DNA of 64,000 nt from IMG/VR virus record IMGVR_UViG_3300045988_020586. One strand, written 5' to 3'. Shown piece after piece: positions 36,208 through 45,442 of this stretch. Both the position numbers and the translations under genes were made by a program. Every line of letters begins with the position of its first letter. Position 1 is the first letter of the stretch. The stretch is from a virus. The notes below the pieces were generated by a model. It made no database searches. It saw nothing but the letters and a program-made list of their open reading frames with translations, and was not told the DNA's origin.

Positions 36208-36566
36208 GGTAATCCTACCCCGCAGGGCGGATTACCTATTCTCCGCAGAGAACTTTTAAGGATGCCCTTTAATATAAACTAATAATATTGTTATTGTATT
36301 TTCTTGCAAACAATAACGGTAACTTCATGCATGAATGTGTACTCTTCTGCGCACAGATTGTACACCATTCCCGCAGGAATGTTTCTGTTTATGGCATTAC
36401 TCGTTTAGCGTTTACAATTCCATACTCCAACTCAATCATTGGTTTACCAATGCAGTCTTTCACCTGCAAAACTTCTTTACGTCCGTTGATATTGATAACA
36501 ATTTTATCAGGAAACTCTTGCTGAGCGTTAAGCCTTGGCCCTGACACCCGGGACCCCGCAGGGTCC
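36208..36566 (-). repeat. Four hairpins capped by the same UGCG (UNCG-type) tetraloop, each with a different stem
   Basis: On the + strand: CCC-CGCA-GGG nested in GGTAATCC/GGATTACC (36208-36236); TTCTC-CGCA-GAGAA (36239-36252); CATTCC-CGCA-GGAATG (36366-36381); GGACCC-CGCA-GGGTCC (36551-36566). Confidence 0.5.
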
Positions 36567-36973
36567 GCTCCTACGCCATCAGCAATGCTAGAATTCTGAC
36601 ATACTTTTGTCGCAACATCATACAGTCGTTCTACGACCCAGTTAAAGTTTTTGTCTTTAACTCCTTTCATCACAATTTCTTGCGATAGTCCTTCCATAAT
36701 GGCTTTTTGGTTAAGCCCTGTAGAAAGACTCACTAGTGCATCCCATACCTTAAGAGCGAAGCTCTCAAATGGTAAGGTTTGCTCACAGCCGATTATCTTG
36801 TTCCAAAAATGGAATCTAGTTGAACCAAGAGTAATACTACCATCATCGTTAATGGTATAGATCTTGTATTTCTCTGTATGGTCCAACTTTTCATAAACGG
36901 CTGCCTTAATTTTCGGTTCTGAGAGCATTACTGCTATAAGCTTAACGCTCTTTTCTGTTAAAACAGCCTCCAT
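36389..36973 (-). CDS. hypothetical protein (194 aa)
   Basis: Track ORF with ATG start. The 3' third contains one UGCG hairpin, and another lies 8 nt past the stop. Confidence 0.55.
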   Translation of the reverse strand: MEAVLTEKSVKLIAVMLSEPKIKAAVYEKLDHTEKYKIYTINDDGSITLGSTRFHFWNKIIGCEQTLPFESFALKVWDALVSLSTGLNQKAIMEGLSQEIVMKGVKDKNFNWVVERLYDVATKVCQNSSIADGVGADPAGSRVSGPRLNAQQEFPDKIVININGRKEVLQVKDCIGKPMIELEYGIVNAKRVMP

Positions 36974-36977
36974 GAAC

Positions 36978-37571
36978 TTATGCTATCTTATCAGCTGGTT
37001 TAGAATCTGCCTTCTGACGCTCGTAGTCGGCAACGATCTTCTCGTTTGCTGCAATGGCAGACAAACACTGAGCCTTAGCCTTATTAGCCTGCTCAATAAT
37101 TGCCTCAAGGCGAGCGATCTCACCACGGTTAAGATCGTTAAGAATGCCACTCAAATCCTTAGGATCTGAGAACACAGCCTTAGAGTTCTTGTCCTTAAGA
37201 GCGTTCTGAACTGCCTCCTCTGTGGTCTCACCAAACTTGGTGCTGTTCTCACCGAGAGGGATATCAATCTGGTGCTCGGTGCCCTCATTGAGACGGCAAA
37301 CGACATCACCGATTGCATTCTGCTTGGTTGCCATAGACTCAATCGTAATATAGCCGATCGCAAAACGGCGAGGTGAACGATTGAGGACAAGGTTTACATT
37401 GGAGCCCTGCTTAGCCTGCTCCAAAACCTTATCATGATCTGGGTTGAACATACGGGTCTGAGGAATAAATACGTCCTGACCGAACATTCTGCCACCGAGC
37501 AAGCTCAGTGGGGTACGATTTGACTTAATTGTAGTTTCCACGATGTTTACATTAATTTCTGACATAATCAT
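36978..37571 (-). CDS. hypothetical protein (197 aa)
   Basis: Track ORF with ATG start (alternative ATG 37565) and higher G+C. Confidence 0.6.
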   Translation of the reverse strand: MIMSEINVNIVETTIKSNRTPLSLLGGRMFGQDVFIPQTRMFNPDHDKVLEQAKQGSNVNLVLNRSPRRFAIGYITIESMATKQNAIGDVVCRLNEGTEHQIDIPLGENSTKFGETTEEAVQNALKDKNSKAVFSDPKDLSGILNDLNRGEIARLEAIIEQANKAKAQCLSAIAANEKIVADYERQKADSKPADKIA

Positions 37572-39731
37572 ATCCTTTTTGATATCGTTATTGATTAACT
37601 AACGATATGATTTTTAAAATATGGTGTATTTTGGCTACACCTTTGCCGTTGTTTATTGAATAAAGCAACGCTGATACGAAGATACTCGGTTACTACTTTG
37701 CTTACTTAGTTTTCTAAAGAAAGTTCTACTATTGTAGACGCTTTTCATAGACTTAGCTACACTATTTCTACTACAACAATAGGGTAGTAGACTTGTAGCA
37801 GGAATTACGTACGTATGACGTAATTAACATTTACTGGATTATCCAGGCCCATCGTCTAAAGCTTTGAATGCTTTCTTTGCATAATCAAATGCTGAACTAT
37901 TTTCTGCTATTTTGTTCACGTTTTTTCTAACTTAACTATTCTAATCTTCGTTGGTGAAATTTTGCAGAGCAACTAACACTCATAGAATCTTAGAATCCTT
38001 ATAACCCACGAAAATATGTAGAATCTCGGTCGTATTTCCCTTACTATACTTACAAGATATTCCTACACGATTGTTATTAAAGCAGATGATCTCTACTGCT
38101 AACTTAAAAGCGACTGTCAGCTAGGTCTCCTTACTGCGGTACTCGGCTTATGGCATGTACCCAGCGGTTGGTTATCGGAATGTCTCAGGATCAAACCCAT
38201 CACAGACTTTACGGCTTTTTACATCTTTGCTGATGTTTGCAATTTTTCTGTACCGGTATTACTACCTCCTATTTATAGTGCACGAATATTGGGAATTCAA
38301 CCCATACATTTCATCTTGTCACCCACTTATAAACGTAATATACATGTATAGAGACAGTATACACATATAATATACACAGTCGTTTTACAACATAGAATAT
38401 AAGCTGCCCATCAATTTCCTGTATTGCTTCGAACCTTTGTGTTTACATATACTGTTGCACAGTATACTTTAGCATGGTTGGCATATCGGTTGGCACTCGA
38501 TTTCTTTACCTCAAGTCCTTACTTACAACGTAAGATACACTCTATAAAGGGACATCAATTTTTTGTTAAACATGTTACATTTTAAACTTTCTAGATTTTC
38601 ATAGTCTATATCTTTTGCATACAACATACGCATATATAATATACCAGCTTACTACTCTGTAGAGACTATATAATATTGCATATCATAATACAAATAGACT
38701 ATTGGTCTAAATTGTTTTGGATGAAAGTGGAGGTCAAATGATCCTGGCTGGATATATCTCGAATCAACTTTCTACCTATTTTGCTATTTCTTATTCTAGG
38801 ATAGCTTTCCATCAATTTTCTTTGACTGTAACGGAGTCATCGATCATAGTCTCATGAACGATTTAATTTTCATGGAAATTGGCTGTAAGTTCGGATTGCC
38901 TAACATCCTAATTGCAACTGGAATAGATTTTCACCGCGATCTTCACCCGCGTACGATACTCCCGTAGAGCTTCGATTAAGGGACTGCCCAACCCTTGTGC
39001 TTGTTTTACTTTTATATACCGCATAAACAAGAAAAGCCTGGCGGTCTACCATGAACTCAGACGTCTTACACCTCATCCCTGGCACCCCTTCAATGGAGTT
39101 GTGACGAATCGAACGTCAAGGACTATATGCCAACGTATTCACCATACGTCCCGTGAGTATTATCCTCACGATATTGCGTCTTAGATAAATTTTTCGGCCT
39201 TTATACTAGCTTTGGACACTAGAAACACTACCTACGGCTTAATAATACTTCTATATTGTTTGGGATATCCTCGGTTCTTCCAGCACCATGCACCATACCA
39301 TGTATGCAATTCTGTTCACCTACTGGGGACCAATATAGTTCATCTCGTGTAACGTTCGTGTATGCTTAGTATTATCACATACAATTCCGATACGGTTCAT
39401 TATGCCCTTCTTGGGACTTATGCGTTTTTAGATTACACAGCCTCATCCAGCTTGTCTCCAGACGGTTCTCACAAGTCCAGCTGTGTAATCTATAGGAGTT
39501 GATACAACGCTACTCCTACCTATATCAAACCGTTTCAATGTTTGATACATTTCATCCTACCTTTTGAGTGATCTCGCCCTGCAAGACAGGGTTAACATAT
39601 TCTCGGATCCAGTTTAATTTGATTGAGTTTTTCTTCTAGCTCCTTCGCGGGGGGATGTTCCAGAATAGTACGTAGACTAATGGGATCTACTATATGTACT
39701 TACCTAATTATAGCACATAGGGTTCTTATGT
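37572..39731. other. 2,160-nt ORF-free, hairpin-dense region (candidate ncRNA locus, origin or regulatory region)
   Basis: No ORF of 75 aa or more on either strand, even with TAG as sense. Many perfect inverted repeats, e.g. 37803-37825 (8 bp), 39431-39490 (11 bp) and 39577-39591. AT-rich core at 38560-38720. Confidence 0.6.
37672..37686. repeat. Family 1 motif TGATACGAAGATACT, copy D
   Basis: Exact 15-mer shared with 45143, 45314 and 45412. Lies about 100 nt upstream of the ATG of 36978-37571. The flanking stem is imperfect. Confidence 0.5.
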
Positions 39732-40133
39732 TTACTTATGTACATTAGAGGCGATTTGGATATAATCACGGAGCTCTCCCTTACGAATGGTAGAGTTGTG
39801 ATTAGTGGAGTCGACCTTTTCTCCAGGTTCCATAATATACAGAAGTGGTACATACGACGTATCTGTCTTCTTAATTATGGTGCGTTTAACAATTGCCTTT
39901 GCAGGCAACTGTTTATGATTACAAGGTACAGGCACTTTTACCTTAACGGTATCATGCACTGTATCAGGATTAGCACGATTCATCTGACCAAACAAATGGT
40001 CCATTGGTTGCGATACAGTAGATGCTGCTACTGTTTGCACTGTCGTCGGAAGGGGCACGTTCTTAAGATCTGCAATATTCATGCCGATCGCAAGAAATGC
40101 TGCACCTAGCAACGTTGTTACTAATTTTTTCAT
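39732..40133 (-). CDS. secreted or membrane-anchored hypothetical protein (133 aa)
   Basis: N-terminal signal-like MKKLVTTLLGAAFLAIGMN. Confidence 0.55.
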   Translation of the reverse strand: MKKLVTTLLGAAFLAIGMNIADLKNVPLPTTVQTVAASTVSQPMDHLFGQMNRANPDTVHDTVKVKVPVPCNHKQLPAKAIVKRTIIKKTDTSYVPLLYIMEPGEKVDSTNHNSTIRKGELRDYIQIASNVHK

Positions 40134-40234
40134 ACTTTGATAGTTAAATTATTTGCGTTCACTTTGCCATTGGATATCAAAGGCTCTTCTAACGCGACCA
40201 ACTAGTTGTGAACCAGCTTTCTTAATTGGCCGTA

Positions 40235-41746
40235 TTATTTTTTTACCTGAGCCTTAGCCTTACCCTTGGCTTCCTTCTTCTTGTTCTCTGCTGCCTTCTT
40301 ATCAGCTGCTTCCTTAGCAGCCTTGGCAACAGCCTCTTCCTCGGCCTTGATCTCTTCGTCGGTCTTAAATGCCAAGTCGATAATATTCTCCTTAGCATAA
40401 CCTACGAGCGGATCAGAAGGATTACGGAACAGATTAGAGATGATACCTGCATACTGAGTAGCGTTATCCAGCATAGAATCAGACTTAACCTTAGCCATCA
40501 TCTCTGGAACTACATCGCGATAGTATGCACGCTTAATAGAGATAACAGTCTTCTTAGCGAAGCTATTACCATCCAAGAAGTTCTTCTTCAGGTTCTCAAC
40601 AAACTCACCTGGAGCTGCAATAACTGCTGCAGTAGCCTTATCGGCAAATGCGATATTCTTGTTAGCTGTATCGATATGCGCCTGAACACGCTCCTTCTCA
40701 GGAAGCTTGTTCTCTTCCTCAATCATAATCTTGCCCTTAGAGCGAACCTCATCAGCACTGATAAGAACAAGACATCTTACAGCGTCTGCAATCTGATTAT
40801 CGGTATACTTACATACACCGGTGTTCTTGTCTGTAGAATGGTCAAGAAGCTCACAGAACGCAGATACAGGAGATCCTGACGTAGCGGTAACGTTGAAGAG
40901 GTGAGCGCCAATTCCATAAGTGAGAGTTCCGACACGACCCGTAAGGCTAACAACCTCACGAAACACGTCATGAAAATTCATGTTGTTGACACGCTCAAGA
41001 TTACTCTTAGCAGAAGCAAGAGCCTTCTCAGCGTTTTCCTTGTACTTCTTGTCCTTGGTGTCCTTAAGTGTCTTCTCGGCGGACTCGATCGCACGCTTAG
41101 CTTCGATAGAGCGATATGCCTTATAGAAGTTCACGCACTGCATAATGCTGTCCATAAGCTTAGAATCACGATTCATAGCCAGGAAACCAGACAACGCCTC
41201 CTTAAGCTCTTCCTCATCCTTGATCTTTGTAGGATCAAAGACCTTACCTGCTGTTGCAGCACGAGCCTGTGCGTCTTTGTCAAGATTCTTTGCAGTCTCT
41301 TCTGAAACTTGTACAGCTGCACCTGTAACCTCAACTGCTTCAGCGTCTTCGGTCGAAGGCAAGAGCTTAGCCTCGTCAAAGTTTACACCAATCTCTTTAA
41401 GAGCTTCCTTAAGCTCTGGGAGCGCAGACTTGCGAATTACTAACGCAAAGTCACTAGAACCATACTTAACCTCATTGCACATGCATACAGCAATGCCAAG
41501 AGCATTAATATGATTGATCTTGTCGATGGCTCCCTGCGGGATACCAGTATGCTCTGCAGCGTTCTCATCCAAGAAGAAACGATCATGAGCCATCTTCAAC
41601 AAGTCTACCTGATGGTTACGGTCCATGCTTGACCCACCTGTTGTTGTGAGCATAGCTGCAGCCTCAACAGCTGCATTTACACCGTTATCACCATTGTTGT
41701 TATTCTGGGCAACCTTAACGTTACCCTTGTTCTTTTTATTAGCCAT
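40235..41746 (-). CDS. hypothetical protein (503 aa) with Lys-rich C-terminal tail
   Basis: Longest leftward ORF. Higher G+C (26/60 at 41281-41340 versus 20/60 at 48421-48480). Tail ..AAKEAADKKAAENKKKEAKGKAKAQVKK. ATTATCAAA leader. Confidence 0.7.
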   Translation of the reverse strand: MANKKNKGNVKVAQNNNNGDNGVNAAVEAAAMLTTTGGSSMDRNHQVDLLKMAHDRFFLDENAAEHTGIPQGAIDKINHINALGIAVCMCNEVKYGSSDFALVIRKSALPELKEALKEIGVNFDEAKLLPSTEDAEAVEVTGAAVQVSEETAKNLDKDAQARAATAGKVFDPTKIKDEEELKEALSGFLAMNRDSKLMDSIMQCVNFYKAYRSIEAKRAIESAEKTLKDTKDKKYKENAEKALASAKSNLERVNNMNFHDVFREVVSLTGRVGTLTYGIGAHLFNVTATSGSPVSAFCELLDHSTDKNTGVCKYTDNQIADAVRCLVLISADEVRSKGKIMIEEENKLPEKERVQAHIDTANKNIAFADKATAAVIAAPGEFVENLKKNFLDGNSFAKKTVISIKRAYYRDVVPEMMAKVKSDSMLDNATQYAGIISNLFRNPSDPLVGYAKENIIDLAFKTDEEIKAEEEAVAKAAKEAADKKAAENKKKEAKGKAKAQVKK

Positions 41747-41814
41747 TTTGATAATGTTTTAAAAATGTTAAATACTAAAATTAATTAATAAAATCCTGGG
41801 CAACTAACTTAGAT

Positions 41815-42210
41815 TCAACTTGTGTCGAATATAAAGTTCGTTTTTAACCAATCTTGTGGAGGCTTAGTGAGCACTTTAATATGCCCATCTTCACTCAAGT
41901 TAAGCGCAGCGACAGTATCTGCTACAACTGTATCCTTACCTGCTGGTTTTATCTCATTACATGTACCAGCGCCCTCTGAGGGTTCCAAAGCCTGAAGTGA
42001 GCACGTCGGTGCCAGCATGGGAGTTGTAGAAGATTTAACTGTGCTGGCTTCACTTTTATGGTCAACAAAGGCACTGTTGACCATGCTCTTACCAGTAAAA
42101 CCAAGCAAGAGACTCACAAGAATGATCCAGAACAACTTGTTACTCTTGTTGTATCTTGCGAAACCAAGAGCGATAAAGATTGAGAGAATCAATAATAAAA
42201 GTGAAGTCAT
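41815..42210 (-). CDS. hypothetical membrane protein (131 aa)
   Basis: Two N-terminal hydrophobic segments. Starts 4 nt after the sigma factor stop. Confidence 0.55.
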   Translation of the reverse strand: MTSLLLLILSIFIALGFARYNKSNKLFWIILVSLLLGFTGKSMVNSAFVDHKSEASTVKSSTTPMLAPTCSLQALEPSEGAGTCNEIKPAGKDTVVADTVAALNLSEDGHIKVLTKPPQDWLKTNFIFDTS

Positions 42211-42214
42211 TTTG

Positions 42215-42772
42215 TTAAACTTTTAAGTTATTTTTAATTTTCCTACGAGTGCGGCTTAATGCTGCTTTTATAGTGCCTGTAGGAGTTTTTAGCACTTTGC
42301 TAATTTCGTCAACTGATAGATCCTCTACGTAAAACAAATTAAAAATCTTTTGTGTCTTTTTAGGGAGCTTTTCAAACTCCTTTAAAAGAAATTCGTGTTC
42401 AAGAAGATTGACAAGATCTTCTTCTTCCGAAGAACTAGTTAATTCTACGGGTAGTCGGCCCATATCTTCTCCTAATTCCATAGATTTCTCCTTTATCTTT
42501 CGTAAATAATCTATAGCCGTTCTATTAGCTATAATTCTCAGCCATCCGCCAAAAGACGAATAATCTGTGAATGTCGAGAGTTTCTGGTGAACCTTAAGAA
42601 ATACAACATTTGTAAGATCTTTAGCTTCATCCATATCATTCACGTAATGAAAGAGTACGTTGTCAACGAACTCCTTATAACGGTTAAACAATTTATTAAA
42701 CGCAAGCTCATTTCCCTTCTGAGCTTCTTTTATGGTCTCAATCTCAGATTGAGTGATACGCTGATACTCCAT
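42215..42772 (-). CDS. ECF-type sigma-70 family RNA polymerase sigma factor
   Basis: Region 2-like ..VVFLKVHQKLSTFTDYSSFGGWLRIIANRTAIDYLRK.. and region 4-like ..KIFNLFYVEDLSVDEISKVLKTPTGTIKAALSRTRRKI.. Confidence 0.75.
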   Translation of the reverse strand: MEYQRITQSEIETIKEAQKGNELAFNKLFNRYKEFVDNVLFHYVNDMDEAKDLTNVVFLKVHQKLSTFTDYSSFGGWLRIIANRTAIDYLRKIKEKSMELGEDMGRLPVELTSSSEEEDLVNLLEHEFLLKEFEKLPKKTQKIFNLFYVEDLSVDEISKVLKTPTGTIKAALSRTRRKIKNNLKV

Positions 42773-42801
42773 ATTGTGGAGTAGGGGAGATCTCTCTCAC
42801 C

Positions 42802-43218
42802 CTACCCCTGATAAAACGGAAGGTCATATACCATCTTTTGACGGTACAATGACCAAACGTTGTTGACGAAATTGTTGAAAAGAATCAATTTTAAATCCTT
42901 TCCGCCGGTCTTCATTTCTACTTTTTCAAGTAGTCCTGAACCAATACGCATACGAGTTGTAAGTGTTTTGAACTTCATAGAATTGGTTAGGACTATTGTT
43001 TTCATAATCCAATCACCAACTCTACGCAAATGTTCATTACAACAGTATTCGTATATACAATCTTCGTCTAGGCTATCTCCAGCACAGAATACGTGCGCTC
43101 CATCAGTGAAGCCCTTTTTAAGGCGATTGTGGAACCAGTTAATCACATCTTCTACGTTGTCACTTTCATAGCCTAACAGACTAGCTCTGTAAATTAGCAT
43201 TTTAGGGAAATACTCCAT
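42802..43218 (-). CDS. hypothetical protein (138 aa)
   Basis: Track ORF with ATG start; ends at TAG. Confidence 0.55.
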   Translation of the reverse strand: MEYFPKMLIYRASLLGYESDNVEDVINWFHNRLKKGFTDGAHVFCAGDSLDEDCIYEYCCNEHLRRVGDWIMKTIVLTNSMKFKTLTTRMRIGSGLLEKVEMKTGGKDLKLILFNNFVNNVWSLYRQKMVYDLPFYQG

Positions 43219-43230
43219 TTTCTATTTTGT

Positions 43231-43752
43231 TTAATTAAATGTTTTCTTAATAAACTTAGAAAAATCTTCAAGATATTCATCTAGAAATCCAGCTTTCTCT
43301 GACAAGAAATTATCAAATAGTGCCATATTACCGCATTTACATGATATTTTGTAATAGTTATCTAGGAATTTATAGTTATTTTGAAACCATACAACCCAAC
43401 TATTAACCCATATCCAAAATGCGTATTCTCCAGCATTGAAAGTCTTGTTAATACATTCTAAGTTTATAGAGTCTGCAAAATTAAAATTTTGAGACCCCTC
43501 GTGGATTCCAAGAGCTTTTCTTATTGACGCATTCTTTTCATCTGTTCTAGGTCTCCCTTTTCCAGTGTTGTAGATTGCTATATTCTCTTGATATACACGG
43601 TCTATCCATCGCGTTTTAACGGCATACTTAATTCTTTCGTGTGGCTTCTTACCAATATTTGATAATCTACCAAACTCTGTACACCATTTAAACGCGAGGT
43701 CGACAACATAAGGACACCTGTCCTTTATCATCGCTTTGTATCCCTTTGTCAT
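43231..43752 (-). CDS. hypothetical protein (173 aa)
   Basis: Track ORF with ATG start. Confidence 0.55.
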   Translation of the reverse strand: MTKGYKAMIKDRCPYVVDLAFKWCTEFGRLSNIGKKPHERIKYAVKTRWIDRVYQENIAIYNTGKGRPRTDEKNASIRKALGIHEGSQNFNFADSINLECINKTFNAGEYAFWIWVNSWVVWFQNNYKFLDNYYKISCKCGNMALFDNFLSEKAGFLDEYLEDFSKFIKKTFN

Positions 43753-43761
43753 AACTAATAG

Positions 43762-43820
43762 GAAGAAGCTGGGGAATCGAACCCCAGACCCAAACCAAAA
43801 GGCGACGGTACCAACTTCTT
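43762..43820 (-). ncRNA. 59-nt tRNA-like minihelix: acceptor plus T-arm, no D or anticodon arms
   Basis: T-arm TGGGG-TTCGATT-CCCCA. Acceptor AAGAAGT/GCTTCTT has 7 bp including one G-U. Only 27 nt lie between the acceptor 5' strand and the T stem. Confidence 0.35.
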
Positions 43821-43968
43821 TCTTCTCTCCACTTAGGTAGGAAGCACCTAGACTAAACTTACGCTACGCAAGTATAGTCTACAATGTTATTTACATTGCC
43901 GTTTAATTTATAGTATAGTGCTTAATGTATTTATCTCCTCTGTCTGTCAAAACCAAACACGCCCGTGT

Positions 43969-43989
43969 AGGCAGTTTTACAACATGCCT
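43969..43989. repeat. Family 3 hairpin, copy 1 (loop GTTTTACAACA)
   Basis: AGGCA / GTTTTACAACA / TGCCT followed by AGGTTG. Confidence 0.55.
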
Positions 43990-44048
43990 AGGTTGCCACG
44001 TTTTCGCGAACAAAAATGTGATCTGTCATACATAGACACAAACAGAAT

Positions 44049-44069
44049 AGACAGTTTTACAACATGTCT
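44049..44069. repeat. Family 3 hairpin, copy 2 (loop GTTTTACAACA)
   Basis: AGACA / GTTTTACAACA / TGTCT followed by GGGTTG. A compensatory G-to-A and C-to-T change relative to copy 1 keeps the stem paired. Confidence 0.55.
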
Positions 44070-44180
44070 GGGTTGTTGTTCAGATTGAACACTCTCTGCG
44101 GGAGGGTGTGGACGTGAGGGGAGTCGACAAAATCTTCAAGTTCATTGCAACTATTCCACTCTGCTCCACGTTATATTTAT

Positions 44181-44798
44181 ATGGAACAGATAAAGAAATA
44201 TATGCAAAACAGAAAGTTAATAACTTTCGTTTGTGATTGTTGTGGAAAAGAAGCTCAAAAACCTCTTTCCGAATACAACAGAAACAAGAAACTTGGTAGG
44301 AAGAATTTTTGTAGTAGAAGTTGTGCAATTCGTTATGCTAATAAAAATAAATTACATACATTTACAGATAAATGTAGAGAACATCTTTTAAGTATTTGCA
44401 ACAATCAAATAGACGAATATACCGATTTTAGATATATCCTTAGAAGTGTCTATAAAAGATTTAAAGAAGTAGATATAGATTTAGAGTATCTAAAACAACT
44501 TTGGGAGACACAAAAAGGAATTTGCCCTTATACTGGTATAAAATTAAAGCTTCCAACATATAAAAGCCATAACTTCTATTTTGATTGTGCATCTTTAGAC
44601 AGAATAGATTCTTCTAAAGGCTACGTTAAAGGAAATGTTCAATTCATATCATTACCTATAAATTATATGAAATCTACTAAATCAGATATTGAAATCAGAC
44701 AATTTCTTAAACAAATTTCTTCTTACACTTCACATTTCTGCGAAGATGAGACTATCTCTTCACCTAAAGAGGTGTTGGGCGCTCGAGCTGGTAATTAA
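44181..44798 (+). CDS. HNH-family endonuclease, free-standing and opposite in orientation to its neighbours
   Basis: ..CASLDRIDSSKGYVKGNVQFISLPIN.. and N-terminal Cys pairs CDCCGKE..CSRSC. Start set at ATG 44181. Confidence 0.7.
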   Translation: MEQIKKYMQNRKLITFVCDCCGKEAQKPLSEYNRNKKLGRKNFCSRSCAIRYANKNKLHTFTDKCREHLLSICNNQIDEYTDFRYILRSVYKRFKEVDIDLEYLKQLWETQKGICPYTGIKLKLPTYKSHNFYFDCASLDRIDSSKGYVKGNVQFISLPINYMKSTKSDIEIRQFLKQISSYTSHFCEDETISSPKEVLGARAGN

Positions 44799-45137
44799 GA
44801 AGACTATACTTCTCCAGTAGTCGTTGCACTTTCTTGTGGTGTACCACAAGCTTAGCTCAGGGTTAGCATGAACAATACTAGCTTTGAGCTATTATTGTTT
44901 TTAGCCTTCCTTGAATTCACCCAATATGGGCTCGGTAAGAACCCCTGTCCAAACAGATTATTTCATACACACTGTACATTTGTTTTGTAAATGTCCTGAT
45001 GATCAGTCAGAACATTTGATTTAAACCACTTTAGGTGCGTTCTAAGGCATTTTTGCGACACTTGTGGTTAATTACTCCACTCGGTGACATACTCTGCCTC
45101 AGAATGCATTAGAACATGGTTGAAAATATATAGGAAT

Positions 45138-45163
45138 CCTCATGATACGAAGATACTTAGAGG
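45138..45163. repeat. Family 1 hairpin, copy A
   Basis: CCTC / ATGATACGAAGATACTTA / GAGG. Confidence 0.5.
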
Positions 45164-45304
45164 GCTATATTCAGCATTTTTGATACATTTTGCAGGGTTC
45201 GATTAACTTTCTCAGAGCAACCAAATCTCCCCGATACAAAGATACGCACAAAACATATTGTTTGATCTACTGTCCCAATTTATTGTGTGGGTTCACATCT
45301 CTTC

Positions 45305-45337
45305 TTCTCATCGTGATACGAAGATACTTGATGAGAA
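45305..45337. repeat. Family 1 hairpin, copy B
   Basis: TTCTCATC / GTGATACGAAGATACTT / GATGAGAA (8-bp stem). Confidence 0.6.
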
Positions 45338-45406
45338 TGTTAATTCATTCTGAGATTCCTTCACTGTCTCGTCCCTCGGGACCTCCTGTAGTACTTGAGA
45401 ATCTGT

Positions 45407-45431
45407 GTACGTGATACGAAGATACTTGTAC
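45407..45431. repeat. Family 1 hairpin, copy C
   Basis: GTAC / GTGATACGAAGATACTT / GTAC. Lies 12 nt beyond the stop of 45443-45937. Confidence 0.55.
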
Positions 45432-45442
45432 TAGAAGAAGAA

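Noticed and set aside
38155-39085. Short ORFs inside the 2.16-kb gap (38155-38370 +, 38900-39085 -).
   Set aside because: The text is not protein-like, the ORFs are isolated, they lack start-context motifs, and they are barely extended by TAG read-through.
39102-39118. T-arm-like TGACG-AATCGAA-CGTCA, a possible - strand tRNA.
   Set aside because: There is no complementary acceptor 5' strand, D arm or anticodon arm within 100 nt.
40226-41513. + strand ORFs of 217, 134 and 122 aa.
   Set aside because: They are antisense to the 503-aa gene 40235-41746 and are Leu/Ser/Cys-rich shadow frames.
43849-43881. TAGACTAAA...GTATAGTCTA, which resembles the group I P7/J8-7 words.
   Set aside because: It is a simple imperfect palindrome (TAGACTA/TAGTCTA around a short inner hairpin), with no P3-P6 partners nearby.
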